Positions 43,229 through 56,253 of a stretch of 64,000 nt of DNA are shown piece after piece. The stretch is taken from NCBI GenBank assembly GCA_951406725.2, contig OX597832.1, positions 31,806,001-31,870,000 of the forward strand, in the 5' to 3' direction. Numbering within the stretch: the first letter of the stretch is position 1; each line of letters starts with the position of its first letter. The notes beneath the pieces are model-generated. The model ran no database searches. It saw nothing but the letters and a program-made list of their open reading frames with translations, and was not told where the DNA came from. Both the position numbers and the translations under genes were made by a program. The DNA comes from Octopus vulgaris (taxonomy: Eukaryota).

Positions 43229-44170
43229 CTTGTATATTTTATCTGAGCATAATATACCTCGGACTCCTTTATCCACAGTGCATTCCTAATTATCAGATGA
43301 CGTTTTGAGTTAAATTTCTTGTACAAATGAGCGACCGGATATTAACGACTGGAAATGAACCTCGATAGTGGCAACTGTTGAATCGTAACGATGCAGAAAC
43401 GCATGCGTTCTACAGTTCAGATGCGTCATTCATGATCTTGTAGTATTTCTACATACATAATGATAAAGAGGATGTCTTCTTTTGAGACTTGTGCAGCGTA
43501 TTGTCTTTACATGTCCGAATATACGGAAACGAGTTAAGATTGTAGATAACCACATTTCATTCACTGCTGCATATTGCGCATCTTATTATATTATTTCAGC
43601 TTAAGCAAGCGTTCCGTACATCCGAAAAATGTGCAATTTGCTATTCTAATATGAGAGCAAACAAGTCTTAGTGGCTACGATCGACGGGTCTGCTTACGGA
43701 GTTGATGAAGCGTAATCACGCAGAAATGCAGCACGTTCTTTGGTTCGGTGACATCATTCATTATCCAGCGGCGTATTTACACCTATATTGTTTGCAAGAA
43801 CTTCTCTCGAAACGATGTGTTCATAGTATTGTCTCTTTAGGTCCAAATGCGCACAAAAATGCTAAACACGACTTGATATCAAATCATATTTAATGTTCAT
43901 CGAATATATATATATATGTAAATTATATTTGTAGCAAATAAGAAAATGGAGGAGAACAATAGGAGAGTCATCAACTTTTAGACATTAAATTATGTTAACT
44001 TAATATTCATCTAATACACACACACACACAAACACACACACATATAATATATATATATATGGATATTTGTATTAATATGCATATTTGTATATATATATAT
44101 GTACATGTATACATACATATATATGTACACATATACATATAGTTGTACATATATCTATCTATATATATAT

Positions 44171-44349
44171 AACGGGAAGCTTTAATAAACAATAAACGAA
44201 GGCAGGTGGAGTACACACAAACAAATGTATTAGTATAGCGCTCAGGAATAGAAAAAGTATTTTACGTTTCGAGCCTACGCTCTTCCACAGAAAGATACAC
44301 AGAGAAAAACAAGGAGAGAAAAAATGCGTGTAGGAGCTAACGATCTATC
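44171..44349 (-). mobile_element. Penelope-like terminal fragment in (TA)n with a degenerate hammerhead-like motif
   Basis: Minus strand reads ggaagagcgtaggctcgaaacgta; shares cgctcaggaa and layout with 62830-63052. Confidence 0.5.
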
Positions 44350-44388
<39 letters not shown>

Positions 44389-44555
44389 GGCGTGTACGTA
44401 TACATATGCATAGATAGATACATATGTCCATACACGTGCATATACAAACAATGCTATCATTCATTTCCTTTGCTTTAGGTCATTTCATTTACACCTGGGA
44501 AGTAACAAGTTGGATGTTTGGCACAAGCACAGAACCGAAACGCCCAAACCGACGC

Positions 44556-44595
44556 ATATACACACACACACACACACACACATACATACATACAT

Positions 44596-44626
<31 letters not shown>

Positions 44627-45012
44627 TACATATTCTGAGATGTCTGTACATATGTATACGCAAACACAGTAAGACGTACACATACATACATGCATGCATA
44701 CATACACACACACACATACATACATACATACATACATACATGAATGCATACATACATACATACATACATACATACATACATACACACACACATACATACA
44801 TACATACATACATACATACATACATACATGCATGAATGCATACATACATACATACACACATGCATACATACATACATACACACATACATACATACATACA
44901 TATATACATACATACATACATACATACATACATGCATGAATGCATACATACATACATACACACATACATACATACATACATACACACATACATACATACA
45001 TATATACATACA
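44556..45012. repeat. (CATA)n/(CA)n compound microsatellite with recurrent catgcatgaatgcata interruptions
   Basis: Direct inspection. Confidence 0.9.
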
Positions 45013-45077
45013 TAACCTTATGCAGTCGTATTTGCACACCTGCAAACAAACAGGTTGTACACGTTCGTATTCTTACA

Positions 45078-45400
45078 GGAGGGCGCGTGGCTAAGTGGTT
45101 AAAGTATTTGGCGCACTGTCGTTATGCCGTGAGTTCGATTTCTGGACGTGTGTTGCATCCTTGATCAAGATACTTTATTTCATGTTGCAACAATCCAATC
45201 AGTTGGCAAAAATGAGTCGTACCTGTAATTCTAATGAGCCAACTTTGTCACATTCTGTGTCACGCTGAAGCTTCCCAAGAACTACGTTAATTGTACGCTT
45301 GTCTGTGGAGTACTCATCCACTTGCAGTTTAATTTCACGAGCAGGCTGTTTCGAGGATCGGATGAACTGGAACACTCATCGTCGTAGCCGACGGAGGACC
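45078..45400 (+). mobile_element. SINE related to family C (same 3' half, different middle)
   Basis: Head gggcgcgtggctaagtggtt...gagttcgatt. The 3' segment tgtgtcacgctgaa...gaactacgttaa...aatttcacgagcaggctgtt...tcatcgtcgta matches the reverse complement of 33190-33345. Confidence 0.8.
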
Positions 45401-46195
45401 AGTTCTTTACACATAGACGCATAACAAATAAATCTGATTGGAGTTTCCTCGATGAATATTCCATTTAATCATTTAATTATAGGGAAACTTATAGCAAAAT
45501 TGGCTGGGTATACCTGTACACAAAGAAATCATAAAAAATGTCACACAAAGCCTGATGGACCTAGTGTTTTTGAATTTTAGGGATTCCAAACAGTTTTTGA
45601 GAAAATAATCTACTTATACCCTTGTGTTGGTTGGAAACTGTAAGGGGAGACACCCACGGCACCATTGAAAGAATTTGAACCCAAAGTCTTATGGTTGCAA
45701 AGTGACCTTTTTAATCAAAGACCACCCATATACATGCATATACTCTCAGAGGCATACATATTTATATACACTCCCATGCGTATACGCATGCATACACATA
45801 TCTATATATATACTAAATAAAAAGAAAAAACAGACATATATGCACACATGATTCTCTCAGGGTTCCATACAGAGACATATTCACTCCATTTCACTCCATT
45901 TCGTCGGTCACGTAAACCTTTCTTACCTCACATTATTCGGCGCAATCAAAACACCCCCATGTTGTCCTTAAGGATCACCTATTTCACACACCCTCTTTAA
46001 TTAATGCCCTAAATATCCCACTTTTCCATCTCTCATTCGCTCTCTATTTAACCCATTTTTTCCCACTTCTTTCTTCATTCCTTCTCTCGTTTATCCCTTT
46101 TCCCTATCGTCATTTCCCTCTCGCTTTATGTTACACAGTATTTTTATTTGTAATGGTTTATTTAATTCGCACACACACACACACACACACACTCA

Positions 46196-46248
<53 letters not shown>

Positions 46249-46553
46249 ATACAGAAGCGCTGACACACTCAGAACTACACGGGCTGTTCTCCTCCTGTTA
46301 CACTCACAGATGAACACAAACAGCCACCAAGACACAGAGTCAGACGCTTTTTCTCTTTTTTACACATTCTCATACTCACAGACGCGCGTAAACACTGTTT
46401 CTCCTTCCCACAAAAACAGCCTCTCATACACATACACGCTGTCACACAGACACACACCGTTTTTATGTTACACACACACAAACACGCAAACATACACGCA
46501 CACGGACTCGTGCAGTCACAAACACGTACTCATTGTTACTGACAGCCATATCG

Positions 46554-46605
<52 letters not shown>

Positions 46606-46984
46606 TCTCTCTCCCTCTGTCTCTTACACACACATACATGTTCAGAGGCCTTCTCTTCTTCCTCCCTTCCTCCCCTCTCTCTCTCTCACATTCACACACT
46701 CAAACCCTCTCCCTCTCGTGCGCTCTCTGTCTCTCTGTCTCTTTGCTTTTCTCTCTTTCTTTCAGACTCACATACACACACACAGATCCCAATACAAATG
46801 CAGGCTTTCTCTTTCACTCTCTCTCTCTTTCTCTCAACCACATATTCGCTCCTAGCGCTTCTCTTACTCTCTCATACACACACGCAAACCTTCGGCCTTA
46901 CTCTCCATCTCTACCGCCCTCACTCTCTCAAAATCACATATTGAGCCTTTATCACTTTCTTTCTGTCTTTCTGCTTCTCTCTAC

Positions 46985-47390
46985 CTCTCTCCCTCTCTCT
47001 CTCTCTAGGCTAACTCCTTTTGTCTCTCTTTCTCTGGGCTGGCTCTCTCTGCCTTTTTCTTTCTAGGCTGGCTTTCTCTTTCTCTTTCTTTCTCTTTCTC
47101 CCTTTCTCACTAAAATGTCTCTCTCGCTATGTTGGCTCTCTCTGCCTCTCTCTTTCTAGACTGGCTTTCTATGCCACTCTCTCTCCCTCCTCTCTCTCTG
47201 TAGACTGGCTCTTTCTGCCTATCTGTCTCTGTCTCTCGCTTGGCTGTCTCTCTGTGCCTCTCTCTCTCTCTCTCGCTAGGCTATCTCCCTCTGCCTCCCT
47301 CTTTCTCTCTAGGCTAGCTCTTTCAGCCTCTCTCTCTCTCAATCTATCTCTCTAGGCTGTCTCTCTCTCTCTCGCTACACTGGCTCTCTC
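46985..47390. repeat. Degenerate minisatellite: TAGGCTGGCT-like motif separated by CT-rich spacers
   Basis: About 11 variants (ctaggctaac, ctgggctggc, ctaggctggc, ctagactggc, gtagactggc, cttggctgtc, ctaggctatc, ctaggctagc, ctaggctgtc, ctacactggc). Confidence 0.7.
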
Positions 47391-48067
47391 TCTGTCTCTC
47401 CCCAACCATCGCTCTCTCCACTCTCTCTCTCTCTCCCAACACGTACCTCCGTACACCTTGGTACTCTCCTAGTTGTGCTGCACGGAAGTTAATTATTTCC
47501 TTCTAATTACTTGTTTTCTATAATTAGTAAGGATCTCTCAATGTGATCAGCTGAATTAATTAAGAGGGAGGGGGGAAGGGTTCCCAGCTGCTGGTGGCAC
47601 ATTTTTTTTTCAACACCACTGCTGCTTACGTTGCTGCTGTTGCCGTTACTCTCGCTGCTGTGGATGGCGACGATGGTGATGCTGCGGACGGAGAGCCTTG
47701 CTGTTCTTCTTGCCGCTGGGGTCGCCAGATTTGTTTGCACTATTACTGTGGAAGTTATTGTTGTTATTGTTGTTGTTGTTATTGTTGCTGCTGCTACTGC
47801 TGCTGCTGCTGCTGCCGCTGCTATCTCTCTCCTCTCCACGCTTCCGCTTTCTCTTCACCTGTTTATTTCTGACATTTCCGATCTTTTTTGCATCATTCAT
47901 TTTGTCTATATTTCTTTAAACAAACTAACACACACACACACACACTTGCACACACGCACACACGCACACACAGACGATGCACACATGAGCGAACACACAG
48001 ACGCACACACAACACACACAGAACACACACATGACACACACAGCTCACACACACGACACACACGAAG

Positions 48068-48134
48068 CATACACGTTCACGACGCATACACATGTACACG
48101 CACACGCACACACGACACTCGCGAGCGCAAATAC

Positions 48135-48173
<39 letters not shown>

Positions 48174-48230
48174 CACGACGCATACACATGTACACGCACA
48201 CGCACACACGACACTCGCGAGCGCAAATAC

Positions 48231-48259
<29 letters not shown>
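48068..48259. repeat. Tandem duplication, 96-bp period
   Basis: catacacgttcacgacgcatacacatgtacacgcacacgcacacacgacactcgcgagcgcaaatacac starts at both 48068 and 48164. Confidence 0.9.
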
Positions 48260-48317
<58 letters not shown>

Positions 48318-48430
48318 CTATATATATATATATATGTGTATGTGTATTTATGTATATGTATGTATATGTATAAGTATGTATATGTGTGTGTGTATTTATA
48401 TTTGTAACTTAACCTTGTGTACTTTCTAAA

Positions 48431-48554
48431 ATCTTTGACGAAGCCCAGAGAAACAGCCAAGTATCTCAATTTCATCTACTAATTACTTCAGTTCACTGGA
48501 AGAATAAAGGTAGAATGAGGTATTTTTGCCTCTTGGTTGAAACAGCTGTAAGAT
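48431..48554 (+). ncRNA. Degenerate type-I hammerhead motif (core C3 replaced by U), PLE-like
   Basis: Stem I atct/agat; TTGACGA at 48435-48441; stem II agcccagag/ctcttggtt; GAAA at 48539-48542; C-AGCT-G; GTA cleavage triplet. Confidence 0.5.
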
Positions 48555-48609
48555 ATTATCCCAATTTCTATTCCTGTATGTTATATATTTCGATAATTAC
48601 TGATATTTA

Positions 48610-48655
<46 letters not shown>

Positions 48656-48985
48656 GATATATATATATATCTGTAGAAAATGTAAACACGAGAAGCTAGA
48701 TTGAACAGGTTTTCTTACATCTCGCTACAATTGTTTCAACACGTTATAAAGAAGCTTTTCCTTGTTGAATCTTATGTCTATTATCCTATATATAATAAAA
48801 CTCAATGTGGCCTCTCGGTCACGCTTGAAGGAGGGAAAAGAGTAAAACAACAAACGGAGTGAGAGAAATAGACAGAAGCAGTAAAGCATGCGAACAGGCT
48901 TCAAAGATTTTACTCTGAGAAAAGATGTCGTTTCACTTAAAACAAAACTGCGAATTTTTTTCGGAAATTGTATTTAATTTATCAA

Positions 48986-49028
<43 letters not shown>

Positions 49029-49188
49029 TACATACACACACAAATACATACACACACAAATACATACACTCACACATACACACACACAAACACAAGCATA
49101 AATAACTATATGAAATTTAATATTAAGCACTTCTTTTCAAAGTATTATTGTTCACTTAACATATTTATAGGTGCTATATGAACACGAA

Positions 49189-49275
<87 letters not shown>

Positions 49276-49464
49276 GTGTGTGTATGTGTGTTAATATAAA
49301 CAGCTGGTTGCAATATAATACCATAAACAAAAAATATTATCGTCACAAATTTTGAGTGAGAGCATCAAAGCACCGACATTTCAAGGTATAAGAGTTGAAC
49401 ACTCTTGATGTCGCAAGACGTGCGCAGTATATATGCACACTGAAACGGGAGATAAAATATGTAG

Positions 49465-49482
49465 ACAGACAGACAGACAGAC

Positions 49483-49515
<33 letters not shown>

Positions 49516-49552
49516 TATAGATAGACAGACAGACAGAAAGATAGAAAGACAA

Positions 49553-49610
<58 letters not shown>

Positions 49611-49822
49611 GTATAATTAGATAGATAGATAGATAGAGGGATAGATAGATATAGATATTGATAGATAAATACACAGACAGACAGATACGTAGATAGATAA
49701 ATAGATAGGGAGGCAGATAAATAGAAAGATAGAAAGATAGATAGATTGATAGATAGATAGATAAATAGCTAGATAGACAGACAGATAAAAAGATAGATAG
49801 AAAGATAGATAGATAGATAGAT

Positions 49823-49900
<78 letters not shown>
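49465..49900. repeat. (GATA)n/(GACA)n microsatellite
   Basis: Direct inspection. Confidence 0.95.
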
Positions 49901-49901
<1 letters not shown>

Positions 49902-50134
49902 TGTTTCTTTATTAGCCACACAGGGCTGCACACAGATAGAACAAATTACAAGGTAGAGCTTTTCTTTTGAAGGTTTAAAAAAAAAAAAAAAAGGAAAGGG
50001 GGGAGTTTCGATCAAAAGGGATCGTAAAAGGAGAGAAAGAGGACAAAAAAGGGGGGGTTAAAAAAAGGGGGGAGAGGAAAAAAAAAAGATAGATAGATAG
50101 ACAGGCAAGCAGATAGGCAGGCAGACAGGCAGAG

Positions 50135-50217
<83 letters not shown>

Positions 50218-50249
50218 CATGCAAACATCATTATGGACGACTATCATTC

Positions 50250-50468
50250 GCCCATTTATCCCAGTCTCCTTTCTCTACGCGGACCAATGTTGTCCAAGGG
50301 AAATGGCAAAAGCCAATACAACTAGGCACCAGTGACGTAGCGACTCTTTACTACAGCTGAGTGAAATAAAGTGACTTATTCATAAACACAACGTAGAGGC
50401 CAGCCTGGGAACGGAATTCACGACCTCATGATTGCAAGCTCGACGCTCTAACCACAGCCCTGCGCCTA
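50250..50468 (-). mobile_element. tRNA-derived SINE (other family)
   Basis: Reverse complement begins aggcgcagggctgtggttagagcgtcgagcttgcaatcatgaggtcgtgaattccgttccc. Confidence 0.6.
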
Positions 50469-50581
50469 CATTAATTTCATCTAATACACAGCACAGACTT
50501 AAATGCAATATGCGCATACAAGCACGTACGAATACAAAAAGTTTATACAAAGACACACGTACATAGACATATATATACATA

Positions 50582-50615
<34 letters not shown>

Positions 50616-50725
50616 CGGCCTGCTCGCTTGGCATCATTTGAAGACTAAAACAGTGCGAAGCGCATTGTGACCAGCGATGTGTAGCAACATCTGATGGCCT
50701 GGTCGGTCCCGGTGATCACGGTGAT
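50616..50725 (+). mobile_element. Isolated SINE 3' tail (same as 17408-17520)
   Basis: gcgcattgtgaccagcgatgtgtagcaacatctgatgg matches the reverse complement of 17430-17465. Confidence 0.8.
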
Positions 50726-50748
50726 ATGTATATACATGTATATGCATG

Positions 50749-50780
<32 letters not shown>

Positions 50781-51375
50781 AATGTATATATGTATGCATG
50801 TGTATCTGCGTATGTATGCATCTATTTATCATTGTACACACACTCACACACACTCACACACACACACACACACACACATTTACACGTATAGACATTCATC
50901 CTTTTATCTGTCTAACCGCACGCATTCATTCCAGTAGAAGGTCGGTACTTGCGACGAAGCCAAATGAGGATCCGCAGTTCGTATCTAGATTTATAACAGC
51001 ATCTGATTAATAAGTATTTAATCAGTGATAATTGAGATTCCATTCATCCTAAGAGTTCCGTTTAAAGAAAACCAGCGTCGACAACTCTAAAATAAACAAA
51101 CAAACAAACAAAACCCCCCACTTAAATCCTGATATCAATCCAGATAGATATTTAATCTTTTTAGGATATCATTTTCGCATCTATCATCTCTATCTCTTTA
51201 AAACATTTATTGGCAATGTTCAGATAAGAATACTCTCCTGCATATAGTCATTACACAAGCACGCACACACACACACACACATGTATTTATACATACACAC
51301 ACACACCCACATATATATATATATACACACACACACACATATGTATATATGTATATATATATATATTTATATATA

Positions 51376-51787
51376 AGTGAATTGAAGAAATGGAGTTGAA
51401 CGAAGATTGAACAGAAATCGTTTTATTGCATTCTACACGTGTTTCGAAAGCCACAATTTACCAAATTCCGATTGAATAAGGAGACCATAGGTCTTTCTTC
51501 AGGAAGAAATATTGTGACAAAACAAATCGAACTAGGCAAAACTCGAAAGAGCCCATGGCCAAACTTTGGCCATGGGCTCTTAGGAGCCTCGTTCGATTTG
51601 TTTTGCTCCGCCTCTGTTCTGTTTTTGTTTTTGTCAACGGATTTCCTATTTCTTCCTGAAGAGAAAGACACAATATGGTCTCCTTATTCAATCGGAATTT
51701 GGTAAATTGTGGCTTTCGAAACACGTGTAGAATGCAATAAAACGATTTCTGTTCAATCTTCGTTCAACTCCATTTCTTCAATTCACT
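51376..51787. mobile_element. 412-bp fold-back element (inverted Penelope-like pseudo-LTR pair)
   Basis: 114-bp perfect inverted arms 51376-51489 and 51674-51787, further imperfect pairing inside, and a central 17-bp-arm hairpin at 51547-51581. Confidence 0.85.
51647..51739 (+). ncRNA. Type-I minimal hammerhead ribozyme motif
   Basis: CTGAAGA at 51656-51662; stem II gaaagacacaat/attgtggctttc (11 of 12 pairs); GAAA at 51718-51721; C-ACGT-G palindromic stem III; GTA triplet at 51727-51729; stem I ttc/gaa plus tatt/aata around an internal loop. Confidence 0.65.
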
Positions 51788-51984
51788 AATAATATTAAAA
51801 TTCAATTATCCGCACCAACGCATGGTTGCAACACCATATGGTTGTACCTCCAACCGTGCTGTCTTCAGCTGTGATTTTTGCTACCAAGGTATCGGTTAAA
51901 CTTTTGATTAATCTGCAATAAGATTATTCATCTTTCTATTTCACAAAATATATTTATATATATATATGTATATATAAATATATG

Positions 51985-52088
<104 letters not shown>

Positions 52089-53161
52089 AGTGTGTATGTG
52101 TGTGTGTGTATACATACTGATGAGCCCATTACACGTGTTTGAAAAATTGAGCGGCGATTTAATGCCATATATAATCTTTTTTACAAAAACTTCGTGTCAT
52201 ATTGTTTTCCCAAACATTTTTGGTAACTTCATTTTAGGTACATTTTTGCGGGGTGCCCAATATATGACTAAAAGACTTCACCAGGTGGTGCAATTAAGTT
52301 AGATATGGCCTGGGCCTATACTGACCGAAACCTATCAAAGTTATTAAAATTTTATATATATATATATATTATAATAAAAATTTAGGAAATGGAGTCGGTA
52401 AAATCCAGTCTACATATGCTTTCTAGCTAGCAGAGCTCCGGATGTAATAAATACTCAACGAGGCGTACTCCTGCAAGCTAAATATCAGACGAAAGGTGCC
52501 TTAGTCAGATGATGGTTACATTGATCGAAAATACGCGGAAAGCACATAGTGGGGGAACAAAAAGGAAAGCATCTAGGTGAAGGAATAATATATAAGAGTA
52601 GGAAAAATTTTAAAGTTGTTAGATATATATATATATATACACAGAGATATAGAGAGAGATAGAGTAATGGTACAACAAGGCACTAATGTTTACTGGAAAT
52701 AGCAGTCGATAAATTTACGATGCTATAGTAAAGCTTCGCTGTGTATATACTGGCAAAGACGCGTGAGGGCAGCGAACATAAAAAAGTTTCGTCTTACCTC
52801 TAGGAAGAACATTAGACTAATGGACAACCCAGAATCTGATATTCTAGTACCTAGTTTTCAGACTTTTCAAATACGCTTATTATCGTAAATTTGATTAGTC
52901 TTCTTCAGCCAAATTTTCCTGGACAATATTTCAAATATTGCTGTATCAATGCCAGCATACTCGCCTGGACGCCTAGCGGTTAACAGCACCGAGAATAGTG
53001 AAAACGTTCAGTTAATTATGACTTCATTCAACATATTCCCCTCTCAGATTAACACGGCTGTTGCAGCAGTCCCTCAGGTTTCTAAGCCCCGTAAAAGAAC
53101 TTGGAAGTTTGGGCTTCCAACCATGCTTCTCGCGAAACATTTGAATCCAGAAATATATATA

Positions 53162-53593
53162 CTCTTTACTCTTTTTCTTGTTTCAGTCATTTGACTGCGG
53201 CCATGCTGGAGCACCGCCTTTAATCGAGCAACTCGACCCCGGCACTTATTCTTTTGTAAGCCCAGTACTTATTCTATCGGTCTCTTTTGCCGAACCGCTA
53301 AGTAACGGGGACGTAAACAAACCAGCATCGGTTGTCAAGCAATGCTAGGGGGCCAAACACAGACACACAAACACACACACACACACATATATATATATAC
53401 ATACATATATATATATACATACATATATACGACGGGCTTCTTTCAGTTTTCGTCTACCAAATCCACTCACAAGGCTTTGGTCGGCCCGAGGCTATAGTAG
53501 AAGACACTTGCCCATGGTACCACGCAGTGGGACTGAACCCGGAACCATGTGGCTGGTAAACAAGCTACTTACCACACAGCCACTCCTGCGCCT
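53162..53593 (-). mobile_element. SINE family A, full length
   Basis: Reverse complement: head aggcgcaggagtggctgtgtggtaagtagc...ggttccgggttcagtccc, internal (TA)/(TG)n, tail ggcggtgctccagcatggccgcagtcaaatgactgaaacaag. Confidence 0.92.
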
Positions 53594-53828
53594 ATATATA
53601 ACATTTGGTATAATTATAAACATTTGGTATAATTATAAACGGCAAATTTTATCCATTTCTCTGCATACTGAAACAACGATGAACAACTTTAATCGATTTT
53701 CGACCATTATTAGCTGCTCATCAGAGGCGCCCACACCTTTCTCACAGTCTCCAGAGAACCAAGCAGCCAAACTGTTTATATACTTAACAAGTGCAACAGT
53801 TACTTTAATGTACATATAGGAGGCGCAT

Positions 53829-53946
53829 CTTTCAGTTTCCGCCTACCAATTCCATTCACGAGGTTCTGGTCTACCTTTGGCTATAGTAGAAGATACTTGC
53901 CCAAGTTTGGGAACCAAGCTTCTAACCACACAGCCACGCCTACGCA
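53829..53946 (-). mobile_element. SINE family A 5' fragment, internally deleted
   Basis: tttcagtttccgcctaccaa...ctatagtagaagatacttgcccaag...accacacagccac. Confidence 0.75.
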
Positions 53947-54776
53947 TCTTCGCTTTAAAAACACTAATACGCACTCACGCCTACACACGTATCCACACAG
54001 ACACAAACAATTTGATATAAGAACCATCATGTTTTCAAAACAACCCCGTTAATCTAATCATTTCATTAAGCGCATAATATATATCTCTTGGCATAGTAAA
54101 TATTCACTAAAACATTCGAGGTTAATGGCCGGGCAAAATAAACATTTTCTTGACAACGAGAAAACATTTCCGATATTTACACATTTAATAAATTACGGAG
54201 GTGTTTTAGACACGATTTTCTTTTGATAATATATTTGCGTTCTATGATTGATTTAGGAAAAACACGGCTGTTTGAAGTTTGTATCCTTATAAGAATATAT
54301 AAGAAAATGAAGGAGCGTGACTGAGTGGTTGCAGTGTTGCATTCAAGATCCCGGTTTCGATTCCCGAACGAAGCTCAGCGTATAGATCTTTGCAGCAAAG
54401 CATTTCATCGCAAGCTGTTCTACGATCGCTTTGGCATCTTTCGCACGGCATACAGGGCACCTGTTCGGGCGATGATGTTAGTATGACGGAGGGAATGAGG
54501 TCAGGTAGAGCGAAAAACATTTGGTAAACAATAAACAGATCGCTTGGACAGGATTTTGCAGAACCATACTTCTCAGAAGGGGAGGTGGGTAGGATTGTTG
54601 TTATTGTTTTTGTTGTCGACGTGGTCTTCGTTGCTGTTGTTATTATTGCTACTGTCGTTGTTGTTGTTGTTGTGCTGTTGTTGCTGTTGTTGGTGTTGTT
54701 GTTGACGTTAGGTATCCGTAAACAGTGAACTGCTTTGTCGGTGTAAAACTGGGGAACAGACCTAACACTTAAACAG

Positions 54777-54828
<52 letters not shown>

Positions 54829-54962
54829 CTGTGTTTGCATATGTGTGTGCGCGTGTGTGTGTTTGCATATGTGTACTCACACATACATAGATACAGACAC
54901 AAACATTTACGCAATATTTATATATATTCGTATAAACACATGTGCGTAGAAGTAGAAGACTG

Positions 54963-55105
54963 GAAGAAGAAGAAGAAGAAGAAGAAGAAGAAGAAGAAGA
55001 AGAAGAAGAAGAAGAAGAAGAAGAAGAAGAAGAAGAAGAAGAAGAAGAAGAAGAAGAAGAAGAAGAAGAAGAAGAAGAAGAAGAAGAAGAAGAAGAAGAA
55101 GAAGA
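54963..55105. repeat. Pure (GAA)n, about 47 units
   Basis: Direct inspection. Confidence 0.97.
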
Positions 55106-55139
55106 AAACAGCAGCCACAACAACCCATATCAATTCGGC

Positions 55140-55430
55140 ATTTAAACTCCTTCAAAGTTGTCCTCTTCTGGTGCCACACTTTCTATCCTGCATCTTTTCT
55201 ATTGATGGAAGAATTCCTGGAACTCCTCTTTTCAGATATTTTGCAGCTGCCTTGTCGCATTGTCTTGTAGTTCCTCGGCGTCTTGAAATCTGGTTGGGGG
55301 TTCTCCACTGTCAAGACCGAGCCTTGGTTTCGGGATCATAACCATAGACTCACCTGATATGACCGCTTTCAAAAAACTTTGGTCTTCCTCGACAAAATTA
55401 GGGAATTCTTACACGGTTGGAGCCAATCTT
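55140..55430 (-). mobile_element. Internally deleted mariner transposase remnant (different family from 25064-25950)
   Basis: Minus strand gives FLKAVISG / VYGYDPETKARS*QWRTP joined to RFQDAEELQDNATRQLQNI*KEEFQEFFHQ...DNFEG*. Confidence 0.7.
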
Positions 55431-56030
55431 CTTTTCGAAGCGACCACACTCTACACACTTTACTTCAACGCGCTGCTATAAACAGCGGAAGTGCGCGAGA
55501 AAGTTATAACTCAGTGTGCATGCGCGAGTTCAAAGTCAATATATGCCAAGCGACTTAACGATGCGTACTTTAGCTCCGTTACTCTTGCCAACACCAACTA
55601 ATTCTTTCTGCTTCTGAATTCGTTCGCCGCTCAATGTTATAAATAAAATATTACACATTTCATAATACTTTCATAAAATATAATATTATATATTTCAGAA
55701 CCTAATTTAACTGACGCCAAATTGAACTAAATATATTGTGCAAAAGAAGCAGATCTCAATAATACGTTGCGTGTAGCAGATTGATATATCTGTTGTGTGG
55801 ACGCTGTATGATATTTGCCACTACAGTGTAGGAATGAGATGAAGGTTCGTGCCTGCATACAATCTCATATTTCCTTTTATGTCATATGAAATCGTATTAA
55901 TATAACGGTTTGGTTTCTTTGATGTTTACCTCACTTGATCAATATATGTTTATATCTACCTATATATATTATATATGTATATACATATTTGTGTATATAT
56001 ATATATATATATACATACACATATACATGC

Positions 56031-56091
<61 letters not shown>

Positions 56092-56208
56092 TGCATATAT
56101 ATATATGTATATATATATATGTGTGTGTATATATGTATATATACACACGTGTGTAGGTCTGTGAGTGAGTTTCTATATCTGTCTGTTTCTGTCTATCTGT
56201 ATCATTCT

Positions 56209-56253
<45 letters not shown>

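Noticed and set aside
46985-47390. CRISPR-like repeat-spacer pattern
   Set aside because: Repeats are ~10 bp and variable, spacers are CT microsatellite, the context is eukaryotic and no cas genes are present.
51439-51724. Two opposite-strand ORFs with identical N-termini (MFRKPQFTKFRLNKETI)
   Set aside because: A trivial consequence of the perfect inverted repeat.
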